NCBI GenBank assembly: GCA_947628205.1
Contig: CANQYX010000005.1
Coordinates: 1-46,083 of the forward strand
Reading direction: 5' to 3'
Source: an uncultured Clostridia bacterium
Lineage (GTDB): Bacteria > Bacillota > Clostridia > Christensenellales > UBA1242
DNA length: 46,083 nucleotides
The notes beneath the pieces were generated by a model that worked only from the letters and a program-made list of their open reading frames with translations, did no database searches and was not told where the DNA came from. This document shows, one piece after another, positions 10,596 to 19,407 of the stretch. The translations under genes were made by a program, and so were the position numbers. Positions within the stretch are counted from its first letter, which is position 1. Each line of letters opens with the position of its first letter.

Positions 10596-10663
10596 AATTC
10601 TCCTTTAGTTTAAAATAAGTTTTCAAACTATTTAAGTTTACCCAAAATAAAAACAAAAAGCAA

Positions 10664-12085
10664 CTATTTAGTTGCCTTTTTGTTATTTTTAGTTATATTT
10701 TTTGTTGGCTTTGCCACTGCCTGTTTTTTTGTGGCAGGTTTTGAACTAGCTTTTGTTGATGGGCGTTTTGTTGTTTTGCTTTTTGTTTGTTTTTTTGCTT
10801 GCGTTGCTTTGCTTGCTGGTTTTTTTGCCTGCGTTGCTATTTTAACTTTTGGTGCGGCGGCAGTTTCTTCCGTTTGCATTGCCAAGGCAGCATTTTCCCC
10901 TATCTTTCTAACAAGTGCTTTATATCGCTTTTGTTCCGCCTGAATTTTTTCTTTTTCCTCGGTGTAATATTTCGCAATTTTAGTTGGTTTTACACCATCT
11001 TTAAACATCTGCTCGCAATTGCGGTTTACATCCCTTAATTTTTGCAAAGGGCGCAAAATAAGGCCTTTTCTTAAATAATATTTTCGGATATTTTCTGGGC
11101 GGTTATCCGTTTTCCAAAGCAGGTTTACATATTCCAACTTCTGCCCTTCGGGTGCCTGCGCCAGAACTTTATATTTGGTTTTAGTGCTCATTCTATAACC
11201 AATGCCATTTTTAACGCAAATTTCATCTGTTAACCTGCGTTTTTCTTCAACCACATCGCATTCCAAGAAGGCAAGTTGAACATTTTTTAGTGTATTTCTT
11301 AAAAGGACATAAATCAAATAAGCAACTGGGATAAACAGCACAATTGTCAGTGCAATTGGAGTGGTTAAAATGTTAATAACTCGGGCAGAAATTTGCGAGC
11401 CAATAGAGTTATCGTAACAGCCAACAACCATATTTTCGTTAATTAACCAATTGTCAACCGCAATTTCGTTGGTTTTAGGCACAAGGTTAGACGAGCCATA
11501 AGTTTTGAAATATCTAGTTCCGTTTGCATCCTCATACACCGCCTGAATGTGGTGGAAAACCAGCAATTTATTTGAGCGCGCTACCTGTTTAATTTCTGGA
11601 GATAATATTCCAAAAAAGGTGGATAATGTCAATTTACTTTTAACGGGATTAGTATTTTCAACTTCGGTTAAATATTTTTCATTAATATGAGAATCGTTAG
11701 CGTAGAAAGCAATAATATCATTAGCGTGCAAAGTTTTAGTGTCCACCGCACGCACAATAACGGTGTCCCCTTTATAAAAGCCACTGTTTTCCATCGAGCC
11801 GGAGGCAATTTGCATGCTAAAATAACCCGCGCATGAAGCCGGCATATTGTTCATCTTGTTATAAACGGTTATGCCAACGAAAATTAAACAAAAAGAAATG
11901 AAAACCGTGTTGGCACAAGATAATACCCCTCTAATAATTCTTCTATAAAGAGGCGGTTTCTTTAAAAGGTTTTCATTAATAACTCTTTTTTTATTATATT
12001 TTTTTGAAAGGCGAAGCGCAACCTTTTGCAGTTTAAGTTCAACGCTGTCGTCCTCAACAACCTTGACATTAACCCCATGAGTCAT
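10664..12085 (-). CDS. SipW-like (S26B/ER-type) signal peptidase I with long C-terminal extension and Lys/Ala-rich tail
   Basis: TM segment, IASGSM (Ser), GDTVIV, DIIAFY, VFHHI (His), KTYGSSN..D..VVG, second TM, then about 200 extra residues. Confidence 0.75.
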   Translation of the reverse strand: MTHGVNVKVVEDDSVELKLQKVALRLSKKYNKKRVINENLLKKPPLYRRIIRGVLSCANTVFISFCLIFVGITVYNKMNNMPASCAGYFSMQIASGSMENSGFYKGDTVIVRAVDTKTLHANDIIAFYANDSHINEKYLTEVENTNPVKSKLTLSTFFGILSPEIKQVARSNKLLVFHHIQAVYEDANGTRYFKTYGSSNLVPKTNEIAVDNWLINENMVVGCYDNSIGSQISARVINILTTPIALTIVLFIPVAYLIYVLLRNTLKNVQLAFLECDVVEEKRRLTDEICVKNGIGYRMSTKTKYKVLAQAPEGQKLEYVNLLWKTDNRPENIRKYYLRKGLILRPLQKLRDVNRNCEQMFKDGVKPTKIAKYYTEEKEKIQAEQKRYKALVRKIGENAALAMQTEETAAAPKVKIATQAKKPASKATQAKKQTKSKTTKRPSTKASSKPATKKQAVAKPTKNITKNNKKATK

Positions 12086-12086
12086 A

Positions 12087-12695
12087 CTAAATCACCGAAA
12101 TTGTTATAACTAATTTCCCCGAGCAATGTGCGTTGGCATCAGGGTCTATCACTCTTAAATATACCGAGATTAGCAAATTGCCATTATCGTCATGGTCTAC
12201 AACATCGCCAGAAGATAAATCGTTCTGAATGCCATCATTGTTAAGCTCCCATTTAATATCGCAATTTTCGGTATTTTGCAACAACTCGCTAAAATCAATA
12301 TTATATCTATATCCTACCCTAGATTTATTCTCTATATTATAATCCAGCCTTAGATAACCTTCTGCCGGCAAATCGTGAACAAATTCAGGTTCTCTTATGC
12401 CCGAGCTTTCCCCTTTCCCAAAAGAAAACTCTTTATCCTCAATTAAGCTATCATTATCCCCTATTACCTCATGGGTGCTGTAATGAATGGTTAAAACAAC
12501 ATCTTTTGGGGGGGTGTAAATAGAGTTATAAACAATGAAATATGTTAAAAAACCCAAACCGATAAGCAACAAAAGGAACAACAAAATTAAAATAATGTTT
12601 AAAATTGTTCTTTTGCGCTTGCGCTGTTGAGTGTTTTTATTAACAATTTTTCTTATATCTTGCTGAGTAGCAGTTTTTTGGCCAGCATCTGCCAT
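12087..12695 (-). CDS. Membrane-anchored protein, divergent relative of the two upstream secreted proteins
   Basis: Basic stretch plus long TM; YLRLDYNIENK, ISVYLRV and terminal CSGKLVITI echo motifs of the paralogs. Confidence 0.65.
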   Translation of the reverse strand: MADAGQKTATQQDIRKIVNKNTQQRKRKRTILNIILILLFLLLLIGLGFLTYFIVYNSIYTPPKDVVLTIHYSTHEVIGDNDSLIEDKEFSFGKGESSGIREPEFVHDLPAEGYLRLDYNIENKSRVGYRYNIDFSELLQNTENCDIKWELNNDGIQNDLSSGDVVDHDDNGNLLISVYLRVIDPDANAHCSGKLVITISVI

Positions 12696-12737
12696 TTTTC
12701 ACCTCACAAAACTAAATTAATAAATTTTTGTTATTTT

Positions 12738-13388
12738 TTAACTTTTTCCAACTGCAGTTTCCAAATTCCAAACAAATTTGCCAGAGAAACTAGCGTCCGA
12801 GCCAAGCGCGCTTTCTGGAACTTTAACAACCACATAAGCATACATTGTTTTATTATCTGTTTTGCCATCTTCCATAGTAAAAGTAAGAATTGTGCCTGAT
12901 TTATTCTCTAAAGATTTAACCTGATCATTGCCATCCTTAATTGCTTCTGGTGAAAGTTGGGTTGCATTGTAGCCAGCATAAACTTGGATGCCGGTTGTAT
13001 CAACAGGATCAGTGTCGGTATATGTTAAAGTGGCAGTGAAAGTTTTGCCAGTGTTTACAAAAACATATTCAAACACAACATAGTTAGCATCCGCTGTTAA
13101 ATCTATTTGCTCTTTTGTAGGTGACAAAGAACCGGTTGTGCCTGGGCCTGCTTTAAACGTAATTGAATCTTGTTTATCTGCAGTTTGCATTTTGTTAGGG
13201 CCGGTTGTGCCTTCGTACCAGTTAGCGGAAACAGTGCACTCCACCTCTCGGGCGATGTAGCTAACATTAATGGCACTTTCAAAGGTTTGGTTGCGGGCAG
13301 CAAAAACTGCAACGATTGCCACAACTGCAACAACGGCAACCAAGCAAACCGAACCAATTGATAAAATTATTTTTGTTTTTGTTGACAT
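12738..13388 (-). CDS. Secreted TasA/camelysin-like fibre subunit candidate (paralog 2)
   Basis: GGAGG RBS before MSTKTK; signal peptide ending AVFA; beta-rich; YVVFEYVFVNTG; terminal FSGKFVWNL. Confidence 0.7.
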   Translation of the reverse strand: MSTKTKIILSIGSVCLVAVVAVVAIVAVFAARNQTFESAINVSYIAREVECTVSANWYEGTTGPNKMQTADKQDSITFKAGPGTTGSLSPTKEQIDLTADANYVVFEYVFVNTGKTFTATLTYTDTDPVDTTGIQVYAGYNATQLSPEAIKDGNDQVKSLENKSGTILTFTMEDGKTDNKTMYAYVVVKVPESALGSDASFSGKFVWNLETAVGKS

Positions 13389-13438
13389 ATTGTCCTCCAT
13401 ATTATTTTTAGCAATTAATATTAAAGTATTCTACCCTT

Positions 13439-13467
13439 ATTTTAACATTAAAAGTTAATGTTGTCAA
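13439..13467 (-). promoter_or_regulatory. SigA promoter TTGACA-17-TAAAAT for paralog 2, the anchor gene and the sipW-like gene
   Basis: Direct consensus match with extended TG. Confidence 0.7.
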
Positions 13468-13524
13468 ACAAAATGTGCAAAATTTCTTAAATTTTGCAAA
13501 TAAAAATGCAATTTATTAAAAATA

Positions 13525-13563
13525 AAAAAACCACACTTGTCAGCTTTAAAGTGTGGAATTTTT
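13525..13563 (-). terminator. Terminator after paralog 1
   Basis: ccacactt/aagtgtgg stem followed by a U tract on the minus strand. Confidence 0.65.
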
Positions 13564-13577
13564 AAAAATCTTATAAA

Positions 13578-14252
13578 CTACGTTGCGTTAAGATCCCAAG
13601 TGAATGTGCCAGAGAATTCTGAATTAGTGCCTAAACCATCTTCTGGAATAGAAACTATTACATAAAGATAGAATGGGCCACCTTCTTCTGTATTTTCAGG
13701 CACGCTTGCGCTTTCAATGAAAACGCCATCTTTGTCACTTTCATATTTTGTTGCACCTTGAACTTGTTCAGTAGTGTTCCAAGTTGTGGTGGTTAATTTT
13801 GCACCATCACTCTTAATATAAATATCAAAATTGCTATCTGTTGGCTCATTATCTTTATAAGTTAACTTAGCAGTGTACGCTTTAGAACCTGTGTTTGTGA
13901 ACACATATTCAAAAACAACATATTTGTTGGTTTCGGACAAATCAATTGTTTCTTTTGTAGGTTTAAGTTCGCCAGTTTCATCTGGGCCGGTTGGGCCAGC
14001 TTTAAATTCAATGACATCGTTCCCTTCGCCTTTAGTTTGTCCGTCCGTTGTCATAGGTTGAGCTTCGCCTGAACCTTCATACCAATTGGCTTTAACCGAA
14101 CCTAGAATTTGGTGTGCGGTGTAACTAACGTGAATTTCACTTGTAAATTGTTGTTTGCTTGCCGCATAAACTGCAACGATTGCAACAACTGCAATAACTG
14201 CAACTAAACATACAGCACCAACGGATAATAAAATTTTATGTTTTGTTGACAT
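13578..14252 (-). CDS. Secreted TasA/camelysin-like fibre subunit candidate (paralog 1)
   Basis: AAGGAGG RBS; MSTKHKILL..AVYA signal; shares ANWYEG, FKAGP, YVVFEYVF.NTG and FSG.F.W.L with the neighbour. Confidence 0.7.
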   Translation of the reverse strand: MSTKHKILLSVGAVCLVAVIAVVAIVAVYAASKQQFTSEIHVSYTAHQILGSVKANWYEGSGEAQPMTTDGQTKGEGNDVIEFKAGPTGPDETGELKPTKETIDLSETNKYVVFEYVFTNTGSKAYTAKLTYKDNEPTDSNFDIYIKSDGAKLTTTTWNTTEQVQGATKYESDKDGVFIESASVPENTEEGGPFYLYVIVSIPEDGLGTNSEFSGTFTWDLNAT

Positions 14253-14462
14253 TTTCCCTCCTTAACATAATTAAAACAATGCCCACGAACAACAGTTTGC
14301 TGACAAAACGGTTGCCCCACACCCTACCTATTGTTTTAAAGACAATACAACTTGGCAATTAAGTTTGCCACCCTAACATGAAAGCCATGTTGACTAAACA
14401 ATTTGAAGTTTGTTTAAACTTAATAATTTGCCGAACATCTTTTGAGCAGATAATTATTATCT
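14253..14462 (-). ncRNA. Candidate structured 5' leader RNA
   Basis: About 210 nt between a consensus promoter and the ATG; several nested hairpins; higher GC than other intergenic DNA here. Confidence 0.4.
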
Positions 14463-14467
14463 ATTTA

Positions 14468-14496
14468 ATTTTATAACTTTACAAAAAAGATGTCAA
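14468..14496 (-). promoter_or_regulatory. SigA promoter TTGACA-17-TAAAAT
   Basis: Direct consensus match. Confidence 0.75.
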
Positions 14497-14543
14497 ATGT
14501 TTTTTTGCAAAATTTTAAAAATTTTTTAATTTTTTTAAATATG

Positions 14544-15218
14544 CTAAATAAAAGAAAAACTTTTAACATCCACGCCAAATTTTAGATACACAACATTATG
14601 GAGCAAGCGAACGGCTTGTTTTAACAAATTTAGGTTGGAAGTTTCGGCATTTTGCAAACCATCAACTGACTTTAAAATGGAATAAACCTTTTTGTCTATC
14701 AGCAAAGCGTTTTCAACTTTTTCTGGAGTTATGTTGCCCGTGTTAATGTCTAGATAGGCATGGTCGGTTTCGTAAAAATCTAACTGCAAGCCCGAAAATT
14801 TTAAAAAATTTAAAATATATTGAATTGTTGCAACGTATTCATTTTGCGTTTCAACATTTTTTAATGCGTTTAAGGTTAGCAAAAATAAATCTTGCTCGGG
14901 CTTTTGCACGGGCAAAATTGAACGGACCATATCCAAAACAAGGTAAGCGCAAATTGTTTTAGAATAGTTTTTTAATATGTTTGGAAAACTATCTATAATA
15001 TCGGCTTGGGTTACTGTTAGCGACCTGCCCTTTTCTGCCACCACAAAATTTGCAAGCACAAATGGTTGAGCAACTGCCTTATATTTTGCTTTTTCTTTTT
15101 TTACACCCGAAAATTTGGCGTTTAACACGCCATGCTCAAGCGAAAAAATTGTGGCAAGCTTGTCCGCATCCTTATAATCGGCAACAGTTAAAATTATTCC
15201 CTTAAATTTTTCTATCAC
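14544..15218 (-). CDS. recO: DNA repair protein RecO
   Basis: KGIIL...DYKDADKLATIFS..HG; lies downstream of era; likely GTG start at 15218. Confidence 0.88.
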   Translation of the reverse strand: MIEKFKGIILTVADYKDADKLATIFSLEHGVLNAKFSGVKKEKAKYKAVAQPFVLANFVVAEKGRSLTVTQADIIDSFPNILKNYSKTICAYLVLDMVRSILPVQKPEQDLFLLTLNALKNVETQNEYVATIQYILNFLKFSGLQLDFYETDHAYLDINTGNITPEKVENALLIDKKVYSILKSVDGLQNAETSNLNLLKQAVRLLHNVVYLKFGVDVKSFSFI

Positions 15219-15304
15219 ACCAGTATTATAACAAAAAAATGAACAAAATAAAAAAATTTTGCAAAACGATGCAAAATTTTTAATTTCTTTATGTTGCAAA
15301 AAAA

Positions 15305-15457
15305 TTATAAATTTAACATTTGTTCCTCTTCCACAGGCGGCAAGGCTAAATTTTTGCCTGCTTGCACTTGGCGGCTGGCGAGAAAGAAAATTGGATTGCC
15401 CGTTTGATAAAACAATTTTCTATAACTGTTGCTCAAAATCATATTTTGAATTAACAT
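15305..15457 (-). CDS. YqzL-like small protein, 50 aa
   Basis: Not in the ORF track. AGGAGG RBS; MLIQNMILSNSYRKLFYQTGNPIFFLA resembles the YqzL (W)KxFxxTG motif; sits at the era-yqzL-recO position. Confidence 0.7.
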   Translation of the reverse strand: MLIQNMILSNSYRKLFYQTGNPIFFLASRQVQAGKNLALPPVEEEQMLNL

Positions 15458-15595
15458 ATTGCCTCCTCACCTTATATTCAAATAATATTACATATATTAT
15501 ATGATTTTTATTTAAAAATTTGCACCATAATTTAACAAATTTTTGACAATTTTTGGGCTGACACTACATTTTGTATGTCTTATAAATTTGGGCAA

Positions 15596-17080
15596 CTATT
15601 CTTCAAATTTTAAGCCGAGTTCGGCTATGGCTTTGGGATTGTTGCGCCAGTTTTCTTTTACTTTTACATATATTTGCAGGTTGATTTGTTTGCCTATTAA
15701 TTTTTCGGCATCCTTGCGCGATAGGGTGGAAATTTTTTTAATCATCTCGCCCCCGTGACCGAGAATTATGGCTTTGTGATTTTCCTTTTCGCAATAAAGG
15801 TCGGCAAAAATTTCAATTGGATTGGCGTTTTCGTTGTAAGCGGTTACCACAACTTGAATGCCGTGCGGAATTTCGTCATCTAGGCATAACAAGGCCTTTT
15901 CGCGCACAATTTCTGCCACTAGTTGGCGCAGGTTTTTGTCCACATAATCATCGGGCGGATAATAGCGCATTTCGTGGTCGAATGTGGGCAGATATTTTTT
16001 TATCATTTCAATTAACACATCGCAATTTTTGCCTTTGAGCGCGCTTATTGGCAAAATTTCGTCCGTTTGCACAATGCGGTTGAGTTCGGCAAGCTGCGGA
16101 TAAAGTTTTTCGTAAGTCGATTCGTCAACCTTATTTATAAGCAGAATTTTTTTGGCGGTTGTGTTTACTCGACCAATTAATTTTTCATATTGCGGCACAA
16201 GTGGCTTTTTGGCATTAATTAGCAGCAAAACAATTTCCGTGTCCTCAACTGCTGAGGCAATTTGCTTGTCCATTTCGTCATCAACCGCCGTTTTGCGCTT
16301 GTGATAGCCGGGTGTATCCACAAAAACGATTTGGCAGGTTTTGTCGTTATAAATGCCACGCAAATTTTCGCGCGTGGTTTGGCTTTTAGGGCTAACAATT
16401 GCCACCTTTTGCCCTACAAGGCGGTTAATTAGTGTGCTTTTGCCTGCGTTGGTTTCGCCTAAAATTGTTACAAATCCACATTGAAATTTTTGAGTGTTCT
16501 TTGGCGAATTTGTGTTTTTTGTTTTAGTTGGTTCTGTTTGTTTTTGTTTGGTTTGTTCGTTTGTTTTAGTTGTTTTATCTGCCGTTTTTGCTTGTTCGGC
16601 AATATCTCTTGTTATGCCAAGTTCGTTTAAAATTTCGCCTTGCAACTGCTCCATAATTTTGGCATCGGTTTTTTTGATGTGATCGTAACCCAAAATGTGC
16701 AACATGCCATGGCAAAACAAAAAGCATATTTCGCGGTTGAGGCAGTGGCCATACTCGTTGGCTTGCTGCTTGGCGCGGGCAGAGCAAATGTATATATCCC
16801 CTATCGTTAGCGTTTTGGTGGACTGATCAATTTCAAGTTTATAATCATTAATATTAAATTTTTCGTTTGGCTTTATATTTATATAAGGATAAGTTAACAC
16901 GTCTGTCACCGCATCAATTTTTCGCGTTTGCGCGTTAAGTTTTTGAATTTGCTTTTCAGTTACAAAATTCAAATTGACCTCAACACATTTTGGCAGCGCA
17001 AATTTTTTTAAAACAAAATTGTAAACATTATTTAAATTTTTTAAAATTTCCTCATCAACCTTGCCAAAAACTTCTAACAT
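15596..17080 (-). CDS. ybeY-era: Fused rRNA maturation RNase YbeY plus GTPase Era
   Basis: N-part has TDVLTYP, GDIYIC and HGMLHILGYDH. C-part has GETNAGKST, QTTR, DTPG, NKVD, and EIPH with the KH GxxG. Confidence 0.93.
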   Translation of the reverse strand: MLEVFGKVDEEILKNLNNVYNFVLKKFALPKCVEVNLNFVTEKQIQKLNAQTRKIDAVTDVLTYPYINIKPNEKFNINDYKLEIDQSTKTLTIGDIYICSARAKQQANEYGHCLNREICFLFCHGMLHILGYDHIKKTDAKIMEQLQGEILNELGITRDIAEQAKTADKTTKTNEQTKQKQTEPTKTKNTNSPKNTQKFQCGFVTILGETNAGKSTLINRLVGQKVAIVSPKSQTTRENLRGIYNDKTCQIVFVDTPGYHKRKTAVDDEMDKQIASAVEDTEIVLLLINAKKPLVPQYEKLIGRVNTTAKKILLINKVDESTYEKLYPQLAELNRIVQTDEILPISALKGKNCDVLIEMIKKYLPTFDHEMRYYPPDDYVDKNLRQLVAEIVREKALLCLDDEIPHGIQVVVTAYNENANPIEIFADLYCEKENHKAIILGHGGEMIKKISTLSRKDAEKLIGKQINLQIYVKVKENWRNNPKAIAELGLKFEE

Positions 17081-17256
17081 AAATTTCTCCTATGTTTAAT
17101 TTAGCAAATTAATTTTGTTTTTGCAATTGAATTTTAAAAGTTTTAAAAAATTATTAAAAATTTTAATTTTTTGGCAAAAAATTTTAAAAATTTGCAAAAA
17201 ATATGCCGATTTTTAAGTTTTTTGAAAAATTTTATTGCATTTTTTAATTTTTTATT

Positions 17257-18345
17257 TTAATTTATATTTCCTAAAATTGTTAAATTGGCAAAAACAAAAA
17301 GTGTGTTGTTTACAATTTCCGTTTTAATTTGCTCGTCTATCAACTCGTCATATTGCGGCAACATGGCGTAAGCTTGTGCTTTGGTTTTTTCAATTAATTC
17401 GGCTTTTTCGGTTTCTAAATTGTGCGTTATTGTTGTTGGCGCAAGTTCATAATATGTTGTAGCATATCGGCTATATGGGATAAGGGTTGAAATTTGCTCT
17501 GCCCGTGTTTGCGTTTCAAAATATGTAAATTTGTTTTTGGCTTTGCCTTTATATAAATTCAAATTGAAAAGTTTGTATTGATAAACAACCTGCTTTTTCC
17601 CCGTGCGTTTTAAAATAACTTCCTCTTGTTGCAATTTATTTGAGTTTACAATAAAAATTTTGGCTTCGATTTCAGCAAGCGGGTTAACCGCAATTTGTTC
17701 GCCATCGGCGTTTACATTAAAGGGCAAAACCAGCATATCGCCCGCGTTGACGTAATCCCCCACCTTGCAATTTACCGTGCCGGTTACCACATTAATCTTT
17801 GTTATTATGCCGCTATATTTGGCTTTAATTGGCTCAAACTTGCCTTCTGCATACACCAATTTTTCGCTAAGGTTGATTATTATGTGCGTGCCTTCGCGGA
17901 TAACGGACACTTGTGCGATGCGGTCGTAATTATTTAGCAAAATTGTTTCAATTTCCTCGCTTGACTGCAAATTGATTTTCCCAGTTTTTATGCCGTTATG
18001 TTTTAGCACTTCAATTATATCTGCCGTTTTTAATTCTTTTGTGCCAAAAACCGAAATTTTCCATGTAAAAGATGATGCAAAAATGAAAAACAAACTTCCA
18101 AAAAAAACACCCAACACTAGCCCCAAATTTGCAAGCACAAATTTTGGCAACCGCTTTATAAAATTTGGTATTTTTTTTGCTTTAAAATTTTTTATATACC
18201 GCTTAACTTTATGTTCGTTTTTGTCATCCGTTTCAAAAGTTATGTGGTTATGTTCCAAAATGTTGACGTTATACAAATTAACGCGCTTTATGTAAAGCGT
18301 TTTTAAAAGATTATCCACATCATAACCGGTTAAATCAAATTTCAT
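17257..18345 (-). CDS. yqfD: Sporulation protein YqfD (SpoIV-like)
   Basis: TM, WKISVFG, IKAKYSGIITKINVVTG..VKVGDYV; synteny with yqfC and ybeY. Confidence 0.85.
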   Translation of the reverse strand: MKFDLTGYDVDNLLKTLYIKRVNLYNVNILEHNHITFETDDKNEHKVKRYIKNFKAKKIPNFIKRLPKFVLANLGLVLGVFFGSLFFIFASSFTWKISVFGTKELKTADIIEVLKHNGIKTGKINLQSSEEIETILLNNYDRIAQVSVIREGTHIIINLSEKLVYAEGKFEPIKAKYSGIITKINVVTGTVNCKVGDYVNAGDMLVLPFNVNADGEQIAVNPLAEIEAKIFIVNSNKLQQEEVILKRTGKKQVVYQYKLFNLNLYKGKAKNKFTYFETQTRAEQISTLIPYSRYATTYYELAPTTITHNLETEKAELIEKTKAQAYAMLPQYDELIDEQIKTEIVNNTLFVFANLTILGNIN

Positions 18346-18422
18346 AATTATCCTAATTTATTAAAAACTTTTAATTTATTTTAAAAAATATGGCTTTTTG
18401 CAAAAATTTTTAGATTTTTGAA

Positions 18423-18680
18423 TTAATTTTTTGTTGTACAAGAAAAAATTTCTCCTTCAATAATACAAGTAGATTTATCTAAATATTTAACTTTTAAATT
18501 TTTGCCTGCCACGATTAGTAAACATTTTTTTAGTTGGAACTGCATCTCATCCACGCCAAAACTTACCACCGCTTTTATGCCCTCAACATACAAAAATTTG
18601 CCGCCCAAATTTAGTGTGCGATAGTTCGCCGACGAGCCAACACTTCCCATCAATTTTTCAATTTCATCTAGCATGCCCAT
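18423..18680 (-). CDS. yqfC: YabP/YqfC family sporulation protein
   Basis: LYVEGIKAVVSF..G.NL....IEGEI; immediately upstream of yqfD. Confidence 0.8.
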   Translation of the reverse strand: MGMLDEIEKLMGSVGSSANYRTLNLGGKFLYVEGIKAVVSFGVDEMQFQLKKCLLIVAGKNLKVKYLDKSTCIIEGEIFSCTTKN

Positions 18681-18710
18681 ATATAAATATATGAAAATTT
18701 ATTTTTAATT

Positions 18711-18824
18711 AAAACCGAGATAATGAATTAATAAATTTATTGTTAAATAAAACCGAGATAATGAATTAATAAATTTATTGTTAAATAAAACCGAGATAAT
18801 GAATTAATAAATTTATTGTTAAAT
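18711..18824. repeat. Perfect tandem repeat, 3 x 38 bp
   Basis: Unit aaaaccgagataatgaattaataaatttattgttaaat at 18711, 18749 and 18787; no spacers. Confidence 0.97.
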
Positions 18825-19010
18825 AAAATTAATTGATTTTTAATAAATAACTTTTTAAAAGCGTTAATTAAAATTTTTTAAAAATTTTTTGTAATAATTA
18901 TTTTATTATAAAACATAAAAACTATCAATTTTAATTAGTAATTAAAATTTTTTATAGTTTTGTTGTCTGTTTAATTTTTATAATTATTATTTTGCACAAA
19001 ATTAAACAAA

Positions 19011-19033
19011 AAAAATAGGCGCACAGCCTATTT
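19011..19033 (-). terminator. Terminator after the ylmC-like gene
   Basis: aaataggc/gcctattt stem with a U tract. Confidence 0.7.
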
Positions 19034-19355
19034 AATATGGAACTTGTTTGTTCTCTAGCGCAATTATATTTTGTTGTTTGCGTTTTGGCGGCGGTGGAGG
19101 CGGTGGATTTTGTTCAACATACAACTCAACTAAAATTACATCCACCCCAATTTTGCAAACGCAATTGAACGGGATAAAAAGGTCTTTGTTCCCCTTAAAC
19201 ATTCCCCAAAAGCCACAATTTGGCTGCGGAACAATGAATCCAAGCGCGTTGGCGGTTACAACATCAAAAATAATGTCTGTGATATGCCCCAGACATTTGC
19301 CGTCCACTGTGTTGATAACTTGCTTTCGCCTAAGTTCAAGGAACGACGCTTCCAT
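19032..19355 (-). CDS. YlmC/YmxH family sporulation PRC-barrel protein
   Basis: ELRRKQVINTVDGKCLG...IPF..V.KIGVDVILVE. Confidence 0.92.
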   Translation of the reverse strand: MEASFLELRRKQVINTVDGKCLGHITDIIFDVVTANALGFIVPQPNCGFWGMFKGNKDLFIPFNCVCKIGVDVILVELYVEQNPPPPPPPKRKQQNIIALENKQVPY

Positions 19356-19407
19356 ATTGTAAAATATGAAATAAAATGTAAAAAGTTGTCAAATTTTGAT
19401 AAATATT

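Noticed and set aside
14253-14462. c-di-GMP-I or -II riboswitch call
   Set aside because: Only fragments (GGCAAA, GCAACCG) match. The GAAA tetraloop/receptor and the GCAC/GUGC pseudoknot were not found, so it is kept as an unassigned leader.
15219-15299. Long N-terminal extensions in the ORF track (recO; also pdp, obgE, ctsR, 31846 and 37702 starts)
   Set aside because: They run through promoters or AT-rich spacers; downstream starts fit family N-termini and promoter/RBS positions.
18711-18824. CRISPR array
   Set aside because: The units are contiguous and identical with no unique spacers, and there are no cas genes in the window.
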